Origin: Camelus ferus
Lineage: Eukaryota
DNA length: 64,000 nucleotides
NCBI RefSeq assembly: GCF_009834535.1
Contig: NC_045697.1
Coordinates: forward strand, 32,304,001 to 32,368,000
Direction of reading: 5' to 3'
Position 1 is the first letter of the stretch, and every line of letters starts with the position of its first letter. Shown here in pieces: positions 51,130-64,000 of the stretch. A program made the position numbers and the translations under genes. The notes beneath the pieces are model-generated. The model did not search any database. It was not told the DNA's origin and saw only the letters and a program-made list of their open reading frames with translations.

Positions 51130-51320
51130 ATAAAATGTTATCTTTTTGTTTACGTAAGTTTATCTCTTGAAGTGGAGGCATTATTACCCTTATCACATAA
51201 ATGTAAAAGCTGAGGCTCACAGAGCTTTTGCCGTTTGCCTAACTTTATGTAGCTGAATTGGAGGAAGTCATGAGAAGGAAGTATTGCCGAGATCAGAGTA
51301 AATTTTTCCTGCTGTTCCAC
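51130..51320 (-). mobile_element. MIR
   Basis: ggcattattacccttatcacataaatgtaaaagctgaggctcacagag. Confidence 0.6.
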
Positions 51321-53129
51321 ACCGGTTCAATGGCTGCTTTAAATTCTCAGGTACATTAGTGAATTAGCAATGGAACTTAACAAGCTTAATGTATTTGCAG
51401 AAGAGTTGAGGCCATATTGTTTATGCTAGCTCCATATTTTGTTACAGGGGGCTCTAAACTATTATGTGTTTTGATGTGTATTAACCCTACCTAAAGGAGA
51501 GGGGCCTCCCATTTGACCCAAAGGGATCAGTGTCTTTTTCTCTGATTTTATTTGTTACTCTTCTCAAAAATAAGGGTGACCTATGTGACCAATAGTATTT
51601 GGGAAAGAGAGTCTGAGCCTGGGTTACTTCCTTTCTTGGTTCTCTCCTCTCATCTCTCGCTCTCTTCTACTCTAGTTTGACTCTTGTTCCTGATTTCTGT
51701 GGGAAATCTGAGTCAGAACACTATTCGGAGCATTTCAGGGCAGTCAGACTCTCACTTGTTTTCTTTCTTTTGTCTCTTCTCTGCCGTTTCTTGGGTTCTT
51801 GGCATTTGCTGTGTTGAAAGGAAGGCCAGGATCCTCAGATGACTGACTGGTAAGGCTTCAGCTGGAACTCTTAGGGAATTATTTTTGACTTGAGTTCTAG
51901 TTACATACTGCATCCAGCTTTACCAGCAATAAATGTCATGTTTTAAAGTTTAAGTCTTAAAGGTGAAAGAGATATGATAGATCACCGACATCACAATGAC
52001 CACCAACATCACAAACCCCACAGGTGTCTTCACATCATACTTATTTCCTAAGGGTAAGAAGGAAACTTCTTAAAGTAACCAGGGGCCATCCTGACCACCC
52101 CTAAATTAACAACCAAAGGGTAAACAGCTGGCAAAGCAGAATTCCGCCCAGACTCGATTCAGCCGCTACACCTGGCATCCGCTCTGATTGGCAGACGCGT
52201 GGTAAGTTGGCTGTTGAAAATATTGGCTATTACCCTTGCCTAACACATTAAAAAGAAAAACTTTAAAAAGGAACATACTGTAGAACATAACAGAGAAGAT
52301 AAAAACAATTTGTTTAATAAAATTGATGTATTACAGTTTTTAAAAGCTTTTACATGAAAACTACATTACATCAATCATTTTTCTCTACTGGCTTCTATAA
52401 AAAAATATGAGATTTACTCTAATGAAGAAAAAGCTATTGACTCAAAACCTGTCTCTTTTGACAAAAGATCTGAAGTGGCTTACAGGAAATATATATAATG
52501 GAAATAAAAAATAAAACTTAAATTTGAATAACCACCAAAGTGGGATGAAACTCAAAACATAGATTTATAGGCTTACTAGATTATGCAGTTGCTTAAGGTG
52601 GGTAATAAATTTTGTTTTGAGACTCCCAGGAGCTAAAGTTTAAAGAAATGTGTCAGAAGAAATATAAAATAGTTAAGTATTTTCATTTCTCTGGATGAAT
52701 GATGCCTTTTTTTTTTTTTAGCTTAAAACCAATAAATGAAATCATGATGGAAAAATGGTAGGTTTACTATATATAGTTTTAAAGTTATATTTTATCAAAG
52801 ATAATAAAAATAAGATCTGCCCTTAAAGAAACATAACATGGTTAGAGAAAATGTTTCTAGAAAATATGACAATGTGTGGGTTTTTTTGGGGGGGGGGTTG
52901 CAAAAGCTGCTGAAGAACTCAGAAGGATTGTCCTTAGTGGGTTTGTAAGTCTTAGCTTTCAAACATTTCAAAATCTGACAGAACAGACTTACAGACCTAC
53001 TAAGAGACCCAATTACTTTTTGCCAGTTCCTGTCACCATTCTGGAGCTTTTTCCTAGGATGCATTCTCAAGTTCTACTTTGTACAGAACTGTAGAAATCA
53101 CAGGTGGTTTATTTGACTTCTAGTATCTC

Positions 53130-53545
53130 TCACTGCTCAGACATTCCTGTTACCCAACTTGTAGCCACGAATAACTGAATAGCTGGTTTAAGCCAATGAC
53201 TTTTCCAGGAGGACTTGACTCCAGGTGATTCCAATCAGTCAGGCACCACTCTCAAAAGGAGAAAATGGGCTGGGGAATGTTAGTGATGACCACTTTCTAT
53301 CCTGAATGCTGTAAAGCAGATAAAAGTCATTTTCAGAGAGGGAGAAGAGTACAGCAAAGCAGCAGCCAGGCGTGGGGGGAGGAGAGGGGGAGAGACAGAG
53401 TGATTTTTGTGATTTTTTTTTCCTGAAGTTTTCAATTATTGGTTTCATACCGTTCTAATGGCCTCAGCTGAAATTCTGCCCTATGCTTCCCTGAGAAACT
53501 TTTATATTTCTGTAATAAGTCTCCTTTTCTTGAACTGGCTGCCAA
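53130..53545 (+). mobile_element. Old MLT1 (K/L-type) LTR remnant
   Basis: ccaatcag block, purine-rich middle, and 3' gtaataagtctccttttcttgaactgg. Confidence 0.45.
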
Positions 53546-56434
53546 ACAGTTTACATGAAAACATGGATCTGTACAAACTTTTGATGTGCTTCCTCACCTA
53601 AGTCATGCCTGAGAGTTTGCAGCGACTCCCAGGTTCTGTGCCTTGACTTCTGGTTGCTTCTCAAGAGTTGGCCTCTGAGACTATTTCATCTGCCTCAACA
53701 CCTCACTCAGGTGTGCAGGTCCGAATCACATTCATTCATAAGTCCAGGTGTCTTAGCCCAAGTGCCCCTCCTTCATCTATTGCCATGTTACTTTTAGGTC
53801 TCCTGACTTCCCTAATTACCCGCACTCCTATCTGGCCACTACCTAATGAAATGAAATAAGGAATTTTGAGATTTCTGGCAGATAGCGCTAGAAACTTTTT
53901 ACAAATATTTTCACATGACAATATGACTTAAAATCAAAGTTAAATGTAAACATCCATTATTTTATTGCATTCTATGCCACTTTCGCTGTTATGTGAATTC
54001 TGACAACACTAGATTATTCTAGTTTACTAATTTAAAGTTAATTATATTATGAAAATGTGTATTAGTTGAAAGTCCCTTTATGCAGTAAGAATTACAATTT
54101 ATTCTTGTAGGGTTCCAGCATCTGCTGGGCTCATTAGAAACATAAAGTGAGAAATCAGAACATTTTGAAGCATGATAACTAATTTGTATTCCTTAAAATG
54201 ACCATGCATAGAAATAATGCATTGCTTTATAATATGAATTTGTATTTATATATAGTACAGTAGGGATTATAAGGAAAAATGCTGCCGTTCTGCATGGTAC
54301 AGTAATGTGTTATCTTGTTGGAAGAGTTCTATACATGCTATTTTAGAGATTTAATGGTAAGGAGCAGTTTTCTTACTCAGTTCCATCACTTTTAGAATAA
54401 AAATGCAACTTGTCTTCAATCTTGAGTTCTTCAGGAGTAACTTGAACAACTTATGATTTCGATTACTACAATTAAGATGCCTAGGAATCTTTTAAATGCT
54501 GCATATAATTGAAATGTTTTAAGAGTGTTGATTTCTTTTTTTTATTTATTAGAGTGTTAATTTCTTAGTAATGATGTTACATTGCTTTATGTTTGCCTAT
54601 TTGTTACAATCGATGTAAAACCTAGCGTTCAAATGAGACCAATGAAAAATAAGTACATTTGTCATTAATATATATTTAAATTCTTTGCACTCAAGATAAA
54701 TCTGTTTAAGACCACCCTTTCCTAGCTACTGCTTCTTGGAAACACTAGTGCATTAAGTGGCTGAGACCACTCTCCTACTTTGTGGCACCTGTACTGTAGG
54801 ATATTTAGCACTTCGAAAAACCAAATCATATCCTGTCTTTTAAATAAACACTTGAGCCTTACTAAAAGCCAATGGTAGCTGGGCAAAATGATCTTGTATT
54901 AAGAAAAAAATTCTTGTGGAGCTGGAATGATGTTGGATTGCTTTCAGCTGTTTGTTTTCTAATTCAACGCCAGAGAGCTGCTGACTCCCTCAGGGAAGAC
55001 AACTCCACAGCAGCTCATTTTACACCAAAATGATTAACTGAACTTAATTGGGCGTAGTATTTAATAAAAAAAAAAAAAAGAGCCTCCTTTGGGAAAAACC
55101 ATTTTTTTTACATGTCTGCAACTGCACAGCATAAAATTCTTGTGATTTGTGTGTGTATGTGTGTTTTAGAAACAACTTTATAAAAGACTCTAGAAGCCAA
55201 CATAATTTCTATATGGTGCTTGTCAAGCTGTTGACTACTGAAAATAATAGTGTCAGTTTCTCCTTCGAGATTTTTGTAGGAGACTTCTCCTGACGAATGA
55301 TTTATCAAATTCCACAAAATAGAATAAAAGTGAATTTTGTTTGAAAAGCCTTCCTCTTTGAAGTATCTCATATGAATTTCTCTATGGAGACAAGTACTTT
55401 AAGATTTATTTTCTGTGATGTAAGGGCAAATCCTTTCTTAAATCTGAAAAATAGTTAAAAACTAGATTGAACTAAGGTACAATTACAGATTGTGATACAA
55501 ATTACTGTTCCTCTTTCTCAATATTATCTTGTCCATTAAATTTTAAACTATAACATTCTACCCCAGTGTAATGATGCTCATCTTTTTTGACACAGATAAA
55601 CATATTTACCACTGTTACACAGAAATTTTCAATTTATGCATCATTTGCACAGTATTATACTTTAGTTTAATAATACAATTGAAATACCTTTGAATTTTTT
55701 AAAAAGCCCTAGAGAAACCATAAATTCTGAGGGAAAAAAATGAAACTTAAAAGATAAGATTAGTCTTTTTTAGTGTCCATGAAGGGATAATGTGCATACA
55801 TGAGAAGATATGAAAAATACGCTTATTTGTCACAATTTTTTGGTTTTAAAACTCAGTTCGAGTAAACTGGAGAAGGTTTTATTCTGAGTCCCTTTGGGTG
55901 ATAAATTTAATAGCTCATAAAATCTTGGAGATGCCATTTTAGGACACGGCATAAATATTTGTAAGATTCTTGCCTTAAAGTAAGAACTAAAAAGTTTCTC
56001 GGAGGAAATGCATTTCTGTCACAGTTAAGAGCATTCTAAAATAATCTGTTTTAAAGTAAACATACAATATAGAGTGTTTGGTGCTTGGCTGTTTTGTATT
56101 CAAATATAAATATGAGTGCCCTGAAATTACTGAGACTTGCCAGCTTCAGCAGTCAAAAATCTCCCACTTGGGCATGTATTCCTTTAACCACAGTAAAAAC
56201 TAAGGTATGCGCTCTGAAAGAAAGTATATATACATATATATATCATCAAATAGAGCCACCCAACTTTATCTTTGAATATGGGTAGGTCTAGTGTGGTCAA
56301 ATGACATGCCTATGATCAAATTCATAAAAGCCAGGAAATAGTTGTAAGCAGTTAAAGAATAATTACTTTTCAGTTGGCCCCTCTGCTTCTTCTGGTTTTG
56401 TATTAAACTGTGATTATGATAATTATCTGTGGGG

Positions 56435-56620
56435 TGACTGCTGGGGGTTCAAATTCCAACTTGACTACTTACAAATCACGTGATCTTGAGAAAATTACTT
56501 TAACCACTCTCTGCCTCAATTTTTTTTCACCTGTAAATTGAGGATAGAACAGTATTTACCTCCTAGGATTGTTATGAAGTTTAAATGATTTAAAACCTCT
56601 TTGAACAATGCCTAGAATGA
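56435..56620 (+). mobile_element. MIR
   Basis: gggttcaaattcc...ctctctgcctcaattt...cctgtaaattgaggata...ggattgttatgaag. Confidence 0.75.
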
Positions 56621-56734
56621 AAATCGTACATTCACATGGACCCTGCACATATGCATAATCATCTTCTACCTCTCCTGTGATGACAAAGTTCCTTTAAAGC
56701 CTTTATTTGTGCTTCTGTTATTTTTTTTTTTTAC

Positions 56735-57368
56735 ACAAATATTCAAAGAAGCTTTATTTTGAGTAGCCAGAATATGTCATCAATCCAGATAATCTTGAGT
56801 GGATGAATGGCCAACAATCCATGGCACGTACGTACTCAACAAGAAGAAGGAACAAAGTGTTGATAAACACAGCAACTCGGATGACTCTCAGTGAAATAAA
56901 CCAACACCGAAAGTTAAATACTATATTATTCCATTTATATAACATTTTGAAATGTAAACACTGCTGGGAGTTAGGAAGGGGGACTGAGTAGGGGAAGGTG
57001 AGTATGATTATAAAAGGTCAACACAAGGGATTCTTGCAATCATGGGGCTCTTCATTTCTTGACTGTTGATGGATATGTGAACCTACAGTTGTGCTAGTAC
57101 TAAATAGAACTAAACACTGCCCCCCACCCCATGCATGTTCACATAAACATGCCCAAATGAGTACAGGTAAAATCAGTGAAATCAGAATGAACTGTTATTT
57201 ATTGTATCCATTCAATATCTTCATATTTTGCAAAATGTTATTATAATTTGGGGAAATAGATGGGGAAAGTGAATACGGGATTTGTATATTACTTCTTAAA
57301 ACTATATATGAACTGTATTACCATTGCATTTGAATATACAACTTTCTCCATAAGAATTTCAGTTAAAA
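56735..57368 (+). mobile_element. L1MD-type 3' end
   Basis: acacagcaactcggatgactctca, attccatttatataacattttgaaat and aaatgagtacaggtaaaatcagtgaaatc. Confidence 0.75.
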
Positions 57369-59404
57369 GAATGGGGAAGAGGGAGTCTGTTTGGTATTGG
57401 AAAATATCAACAATCCATGTGTAGGATTACACATGTTGAAAATGGAAAAATTTGAAAAATGGACTACCATATAAAAATACACATAAAATAGAACTTGAAC
57501 ACAATCATAAGAATCCAAAAGACATCTGAGAGATCACCTCATCTAGTAATGAGTTCAGGGTATATGTTTTGTTACTCCATGACAAAATGAGAACTATATG
57601 GACAATGGTGATGGTGTGTTTGTGTGATATTGGCATAAATTTCCTGACTGTTGTAACTTAAAGAAACTGTTCTTTATTCTAAGATTATACCCTTCCTACC
57701 TTTTGATGTTGTAATTAACTTTCTTTTACAAAATAATAGTAATAGTGGTTGTTTTGTAATGTCTTTCCTTGACACAAATGAAAAGGTGATAAACTTAAGA
57801 AAAAGCAAATTAAGTGGGTATGAAGACAATCCCCTACCCCAGAAAAAAGAAGAAAAAGGGCAGGAAAAATAAATGACATTAATACCAGAAAGAAAAAATC
57901 AATGTGCACCATTGATCACATGCACAGAATTTCCCTGCAGGAGGAGTTCTCATGTTTTGAGGCTGACTTATGCTTTGGGAGGTTACACTGCATGTATATT
58001 GGTTCCTTTCAACAGCAACGTTCTGATGTTCACTGAGATATTCTATGATTTAAAAGTTTCCTATATTCTTTGTACTCAAGTATTTTCTTCCCTTACAAAT
58101 TTGCGTAGTATTTAGAATTGGATGCTAGCTAAAATTGTGTTCATAAGTTCATAGGATTTATCTTCTGACTGAGTCATTTTTAATAGGGAGAACATTCTGG
58201 AAAGTTTTCTACATTTGTTATTTTTACATCATTTCTCACCATTACTACTTTTTAGATGATTGTTTAAACCTAAGTTATTAGGGACAATTTTAATACACAA
58301 GGCATGCTTATGAAATTATCTTGGGAGTAAGCTGACTGAAATACTCAGTGCTGTTTTCCATCAACTCATTCTTCACCAGACGCTCATAAGCAAGAGCTTT
58401 CCCTTTGGGTGACTGCCACTCCCTCTGAATGCCTTTCTTCATGTCCTAGTGCTTCTGCATCTGATCCTTATGACCCCAAACCAGTACATGGTAGCATGAC
58501 CCGGACTCTTCCCTTGTTTCCTTTATCTTTTCAAACCGTATGATGGGTCATCATTAAAATCGTCTTCTTTGAGGTTGATTCTTTTATTCTGAGGACATTT
58601 GCAAACTCAGTACACTACAGCTCCTCATCCAGCACCTTGACATTTCCCAGGGTAGAGCCTGAGAACTCAAGGCACGTGGGTGAACTCAAACAAGAAAATG
58701 CTCCAGAGGACTCTGGATCTTGGGATGGTAAACACCCAGACATGCACATGCACACCGGTTTAGTTTTAACCTCCATTCATACATCACAGCCTACATGTTG
58801 GACAGAGTTAGTTCAAGTATTATATAAATTGATAGAGCTCAGTTTTCCTCTTGGTAGAGTGTCATGGATTTATTATCAAGCCTGCATTATGAACACAGTA
58901 GATGTTTTGGAAGTAAACCATACATTGAAAATATAGATATTATCAGTGATAATGGATAGCCAGGAAAAAGTATTTAGATGAATGCTTGCAGCATCAAAAT
59001 TCCCAAACTGGATTTCTTCACTTAAGAAAAATATGATTTCCAAGTGAGTATACTGGGGAAGAGTTTATCCTCAGAATATCTGTCATGAAATTACCAAAGA
59101 GTCAGTCTGTCAAGCTTTATGTCAAAGTAATAACTTGGCTTGTCCCCCTACATAGTATATACAACTTTCTCATGAGTTAATCCCAAAATGAACTCTGCCA
59201 TTTTGCAGTTTAAAAAAGTAGCCAGTTTTACAACTAGGTATACTTAAAATATTTTTGTGAAGATTCTATATATTGTGTTTTATCACAGTCATCCACTATA
59301 TATTTTGTATTATTGTAGTCATCCATTCAGTTGAAAACTGATTTGGCAAAATAGTTATCATGGTAATTCTTTTTGGTCTACCAGAGACCATATTTCTGAT
59401 CCAC

Positions 59405-60045
59405 ATAATGGTTAGTCTCTTTCTTGCTTGCTTGCCTTTGTCCATGCCCTCTGCTAAAGATCATCAGAAATGCATGTGTAGTTGAACAATTTTGATGTAT
59501 TGCACTTTTAACAAGGTACCACACCACTGGGTACTGGGTAACATCTAAGTAACGAAGTGTTAGAGAGGATTTATTGTAGAATTTGGGCTCTACGTGGTAG
59601 GTGTTTTGGGGAGAGTTTAGAAAAGCTAGACTTTGTTCTGAATTGGACCCCATCAGGAAGTGTGGGTACCATGATTCGGTATTTTAAGAGATCCTATCTA
59701 GAAAGAAAGAATAACAGAGTGAGGCTAAAGCTGCAACTCATAAGCAGCCATTACTCATGAGGCAGGAAAGACGGGGTGTTGGGCTTTTTTTGTAGTTTAT
59801 ACAATCTTTATGTTCAGTCATGTATAGGGATTGGTGTTGCTTTTTGTCTTGCTCCATGGCAGCCACAGCGTGGCCTTGTCTGACATTGATGTAAAATTCT
59901 GTAAAATTGTTCTGTAAAATTATGTTCATAAGAGAACACCAAGACCTCACTGTGAGTACCAGGTAACCTCCTAGCAACATTAGGGTCCAGCTAATAGTAT
60001 TAGACCAGCACCTAATGTTAAAGATAGCTTTTCTTTTTTTTTAGC
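59405..60045 (-). mobile_element. MER110/MER67-like ERV1 LTR
   Basis: gtgaggctaaagctg, gtggccttgtctga and gagaacaccaagacc...gtgagtaccagg...ctcctagcaaca. Confidence 0.65.
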
Positions 60046-60396
60046 ATACTTACTTCCTGTATCTTCCTTCCATTTCTAAAAGATAAGGACACCTAGTTTC
60101 AAGGCCACATCGTCCTCCTTTTTCAGTTATTGTCTTCCCCATGCCATGCGAGAGGTTTCAGCAGAAATGATGAAGTTATTTCAGACTCCCTTCTTAAGTG
60201 GCAGAGCCCTCTGCTCAATGGTTCTCTAGTTAATAATTCTTTCTCATAGTGACATGAGTTTCATTACCTGTCCAGGCCTCTTACTTGTCATCCTGCAGGA
60301 TGGGGATTTGTATATGATTAAAACTGATCAGAGAGCTACAATATCAAGTGTTCTATCTCTGAAATAATTACTTTGAGTGTCTATTATCTTGAACTG

Positions 60397-60782
60397 CCAT
60401 GATGGTTAAATTTTATGGTTAACTTAGCTAGGCTGTGGTGCCCAATTGTTTGGCCTAATTAAACACTAGTCTAGATATTTCTATGAAGATATTTCATAGA
60501 TGTGATTAACATATAACTAGTAAAATGTTAAGTAATAGAGAATGCCCCTGATAATGTGGGTGGGCCTCATCCAATCAGTTGACAGTCTTAAAAGCAAAAA
60601 CTGAGTTTTCTCAGAAAAGAATGAATTCTACCTCAAGACTATACTATAGAAATCTTGCCTGAGTTTCCAGTTTCTTTCCCTACAAATTTCAAGCTTGGGG
60701 GCCTCCTACAATTAAAACAAATTTCTTAATATACATGTACACATATCCTATTGGTTCTGTTTGCCTGGAGAACCCTGATACT
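60397..60782 (+). mobile_element. MLT2D-type ERVL LTR
   Basis: tgatggttaaattttatg...ataatgtgggtgggcctcatccaatcagttga...cctattggttctgtttgcctggagaaccctga. Confidence 0.85.
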
Positions 60783-62639
60783 ATAACTACTATTTAGCAT
60801 TTTATAATTGTGATTTTTATATACTTAAGTGCATAATTCAGATATTGAGTGCAGGGAATTTTATATTCTTCACAACTATGCCCTATGAATACTTACTGAA
60901 CAAATCAATGAAAATTTGGTGACACTTTCCCCATAACTTAAAATGCTCTTTATTTCATTAGTCTTCGCTGATGGCTAAAGGACCTCAGGGTCAGCTTAGT
61001 TTTTCTAAGTCAATAGTCATTTATATGTTAATTTAAAATGCAGACATTATCTGTATTTTGAGTAAGACTTGATATAGGAGCTAGGTTAAAAATAAGTGGG
61101 TTTTCTCTGAAAACTGAAATTGAAATATTTGAAAATGCAATCAGGCTTCTCATCTTACGGCCTAATCTACTCCATTTGTTAACGTATGCAATGGAGAAGT
61201 AGTCTACTCCTAATTTATATGTATGACCAGGGGCAGAAGCTTGGAGTAGTATTTAGATGTCGCATAGTAGATATTTTGAACTGGCCACCACCTCCAAATG
61301 GGTTTTGGTTATCACTACATGGACTTGATTTTTATTTTCTATTTATATGCATCGTCCCAACTTCAGTCTTTTTGGCTATTTCATGCATCCAATTTTAATA
61401 TAAATTTCAAAAGTGATAGTTGTTTGAGGTCCCATAATCTAAAGTTTTTAGAAACTCAGGCTATGAGATGGCAGAAATTTATTTTGGTTCTATGTTCAAC
61501 TTTATTAGCATGCTTGATTGAGACTGGACAGATCATGACACACCATCTTTACATTTTTTTCTCATACTCCCAACATTGATGGTAGAGTGTTCTTTGTCTT
61601 TTGCCCATTATCTTAATGTCTTAGTAGAAGTTCCTTATGTCAGAGGAACAGCTATTTTATTCAGAATTTGGGAAAAAAAAATAATGTAATCATTGAAACC
61701 TGAATTTTTAGGATCTTGGCCATCAAGGATAAATGGAATTCTTATAACTTCTATTACAGTGACTCCTGGGTTTTCTAGATTCTGTCATTTCTGAATTTAC
61801 TTCCTACACCTAATTCTTCAGCTTTTGCAAGGTAAGAGCTGCACTTTGTGTGGCCAAAATGCATTCTTTCCCGAGGACCAGATAATATTTTGCCCAGTCT
61901 GTGCTCTCTGCCTTTCCCTCATCTAACTACTTCAGAATAAGACATGGATTTTACACACACACACACACACGCATCTTGTGGCTGGCTCTGTGGTTCTGGA
62001 GCACTTTGTACTACCCTTATCTCCGCTATCAGCACACTGTACAGCTACTGTACACACTTGCCTCCCCTCCACCCCACAAGCTCCGTGTTCAGTGTTCTAT
62101 AAGTCACTCGTGGCTAGCAAGGAGCCTGATGCGTTGCAGTAAATTGAGAATCTGAGCTTTGACAATCACTTTTCATTCAGGGTGGAGAAAAAGAAGGCAA
62201 GGGTGTTGAGTGGCCAAATGCTAGTGAGGTGATCTTTATGAGCTAGTGAGCTTTATGAAATATTTGAGCAATTCTAATTCCTAATTTGTTTTTTTCTAGC
62301 CTCACTTCTAGTTGTAACTTGAATTCAATGTAGTATTTTTCTATTTTAACAAAAATATAATTTAAGCAGTGAATTTACACAGTCTATGCTTATTAAGAAA
62401 ATTCCAAAAAATGAAGAACCCATGTCATTTTTACACTATGAACTGTGGCCCTGAAGTTTATGTATGTTTTCATTGCAAAAAATCATCTGCTCTAGTATTT
62501 AAGTGATAAAAACAAAATATTTGAAAGCTATGAGCCAAATATAAAATTATATATAAATGCATGTATATTTTGCAATCATATATGTATGTTTGTGTATATA
62601 TGAGTTTGTGTATATGTGTTTGTATGTGTATATAAAATG

Positions 62640-62745
62640 GTACATATTTCACAGGGTCATTGTGAAGATTAAATATAAAGAGCTTTATATAGTGCCTAGA
62701 ACACAAAAAATGCTATATAAATTTTGTTAATAGTATGATCATCAA
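62640..62745 (+). mobile_element. MIR 3' part
   Basis: tcacagggtcattgtgaagattaaat...atagtgcctagaacac. Confidence 0.6.
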
Positions 62746-64000
62746 TGATTTATAAATCTGTTTCGATTGAGAAAAATGTTTTTTCTCTTCATTCCTTCAG
62801 AAAGTAAGAGATAAAATATTATGTTTTAGTCATCAAAGCTACTAGGGTGTAGTGACAGTTTGTGTTTTGGGAGTTATGAGACGAAAGTGGCATCCATGTG
62901 AGGTCAAGCCAAAAAAAATTATGCATCAGTGAGTGCAGTCAAAAAGCCATCACCCTGGCATCCTTTGGCCAGAGGAGAGTGTTCTCTCTGGGGTCACACT
63001 CAAGCCGGGGCTTGAACTCCAGTGGCAATCTTTTGTTGGTCTTTTTAAGTTTCAGAATAGCTGCTATGCGTCTCCTGGAACTTAAAACCTTTTTGAGATT
63101 TTCATCTAAAATTAGTTTTCTAGAAAACTCACCCCAGTTTCATTTCTCTTGATGTATTTTTTTTCTTTCCCTCTCAAGCAATTGAGATAAAATTCTAGAA
63201 TTCCAAATATTTTATTACTTCCACAGGTGTCTCTAGCCACACTCTACACCTTTCATTTCTACATTCTCACGAGCATGCTTTTTCTACTATATTTCACTTA
63301 ATGGCGTGTTTGCTCAAAAGACTAAAGACAATGAATGGTCACTATAATAAAAATTTAGTTTAAGGGGAATAAATGTGTTTGAATTCCTGATATTTATATC
63401 TTATGAACTTAAAAGTATATTTTGCAAAATTTGATCATCTTTCCATTTCTTTCCTCCTTAATAAAAATATAGACCCTGAATATAATTTTTTTTATTACCT
63501 TTTATATTCACAATTTTTATATTTCCAAAAACACAGCTGGACTTAACCTACTATTAATTATAAGTTGTACAGTGATTTATAATTTTTAAAGCTCTTTTGT
63601 GCTTTCATTCTTAGAGAGACGTTATGAGATCATCATGTCAGGGAATAATGCCCCACCCTTGTCTTTTTCTAAAATAGGGTAAAAATAGTTAAGCAACTTG
63701 ACAGTGTTAAGCTTCCTAGTAAATATTACACAGTAATTCGGTCTTACATCATCAGTCTCCCAAGTGTATTCACTGCATCATTGTAACCTCCAATGCGGAA
63801 GAGGGCTTAATATAGAGAGATGATTTTGATTTAAAAGTAAAAGTGTACAAAAAGAAATTAAAATCCTAAAATTTAATAATTACCCTTGTCCTAGATTACC
63901 ACTTTGTGTTAACAAGAGGAAGCAGAGTAAGAAGACCCTGCTTCTCCCAGCTTGCCCTTGTGAATTCTGAAATTCATCAGTATTAATGAGAGTCAGAATA

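Overview
AT-rich, repeat-dense placental-mammal DNA. It is very probably from a camelid (alpaca, llama or camel): it carries a tRNA-Ala-derived vic-1-type SINE, a Cetartiodactyla Tigger2a variant and young camelid-type L1 3' ends. I see no intact protein-coding gene, RNA gene, CRISPR array or prokaryotic system. The ORF track is almost entirely repeat-derived or chance ORFs. The main non-repeat feature is a heavily decayed, intronless alpha-tubulin (TUBA1B-like) retrocopy on the minus strand (about 14761-16472). It retains the 5'UTR and roughly codons 1-206. It is split by a MER44/Tigger7 DNA transposon, which itself contains a Tigger2a_Art MITE. Other points of interest are a MER41-like ERV1 solo LTR with overlapping STAT/NF-kB-like sites and an octamer, a deleted ERVL/LTR16 provirus interrupted by MLT1A, a young L1 with a perfect 16-bp TSD, and a GATA-site minisatellite. 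Most L1s lie on the minus strand, which suggests the window is inside an intron of a plus-strand transcript. All family names come from my recall of consensus sequences, not from a database search. Boundaries of old elements are approximate. I found no convincing new biological system.
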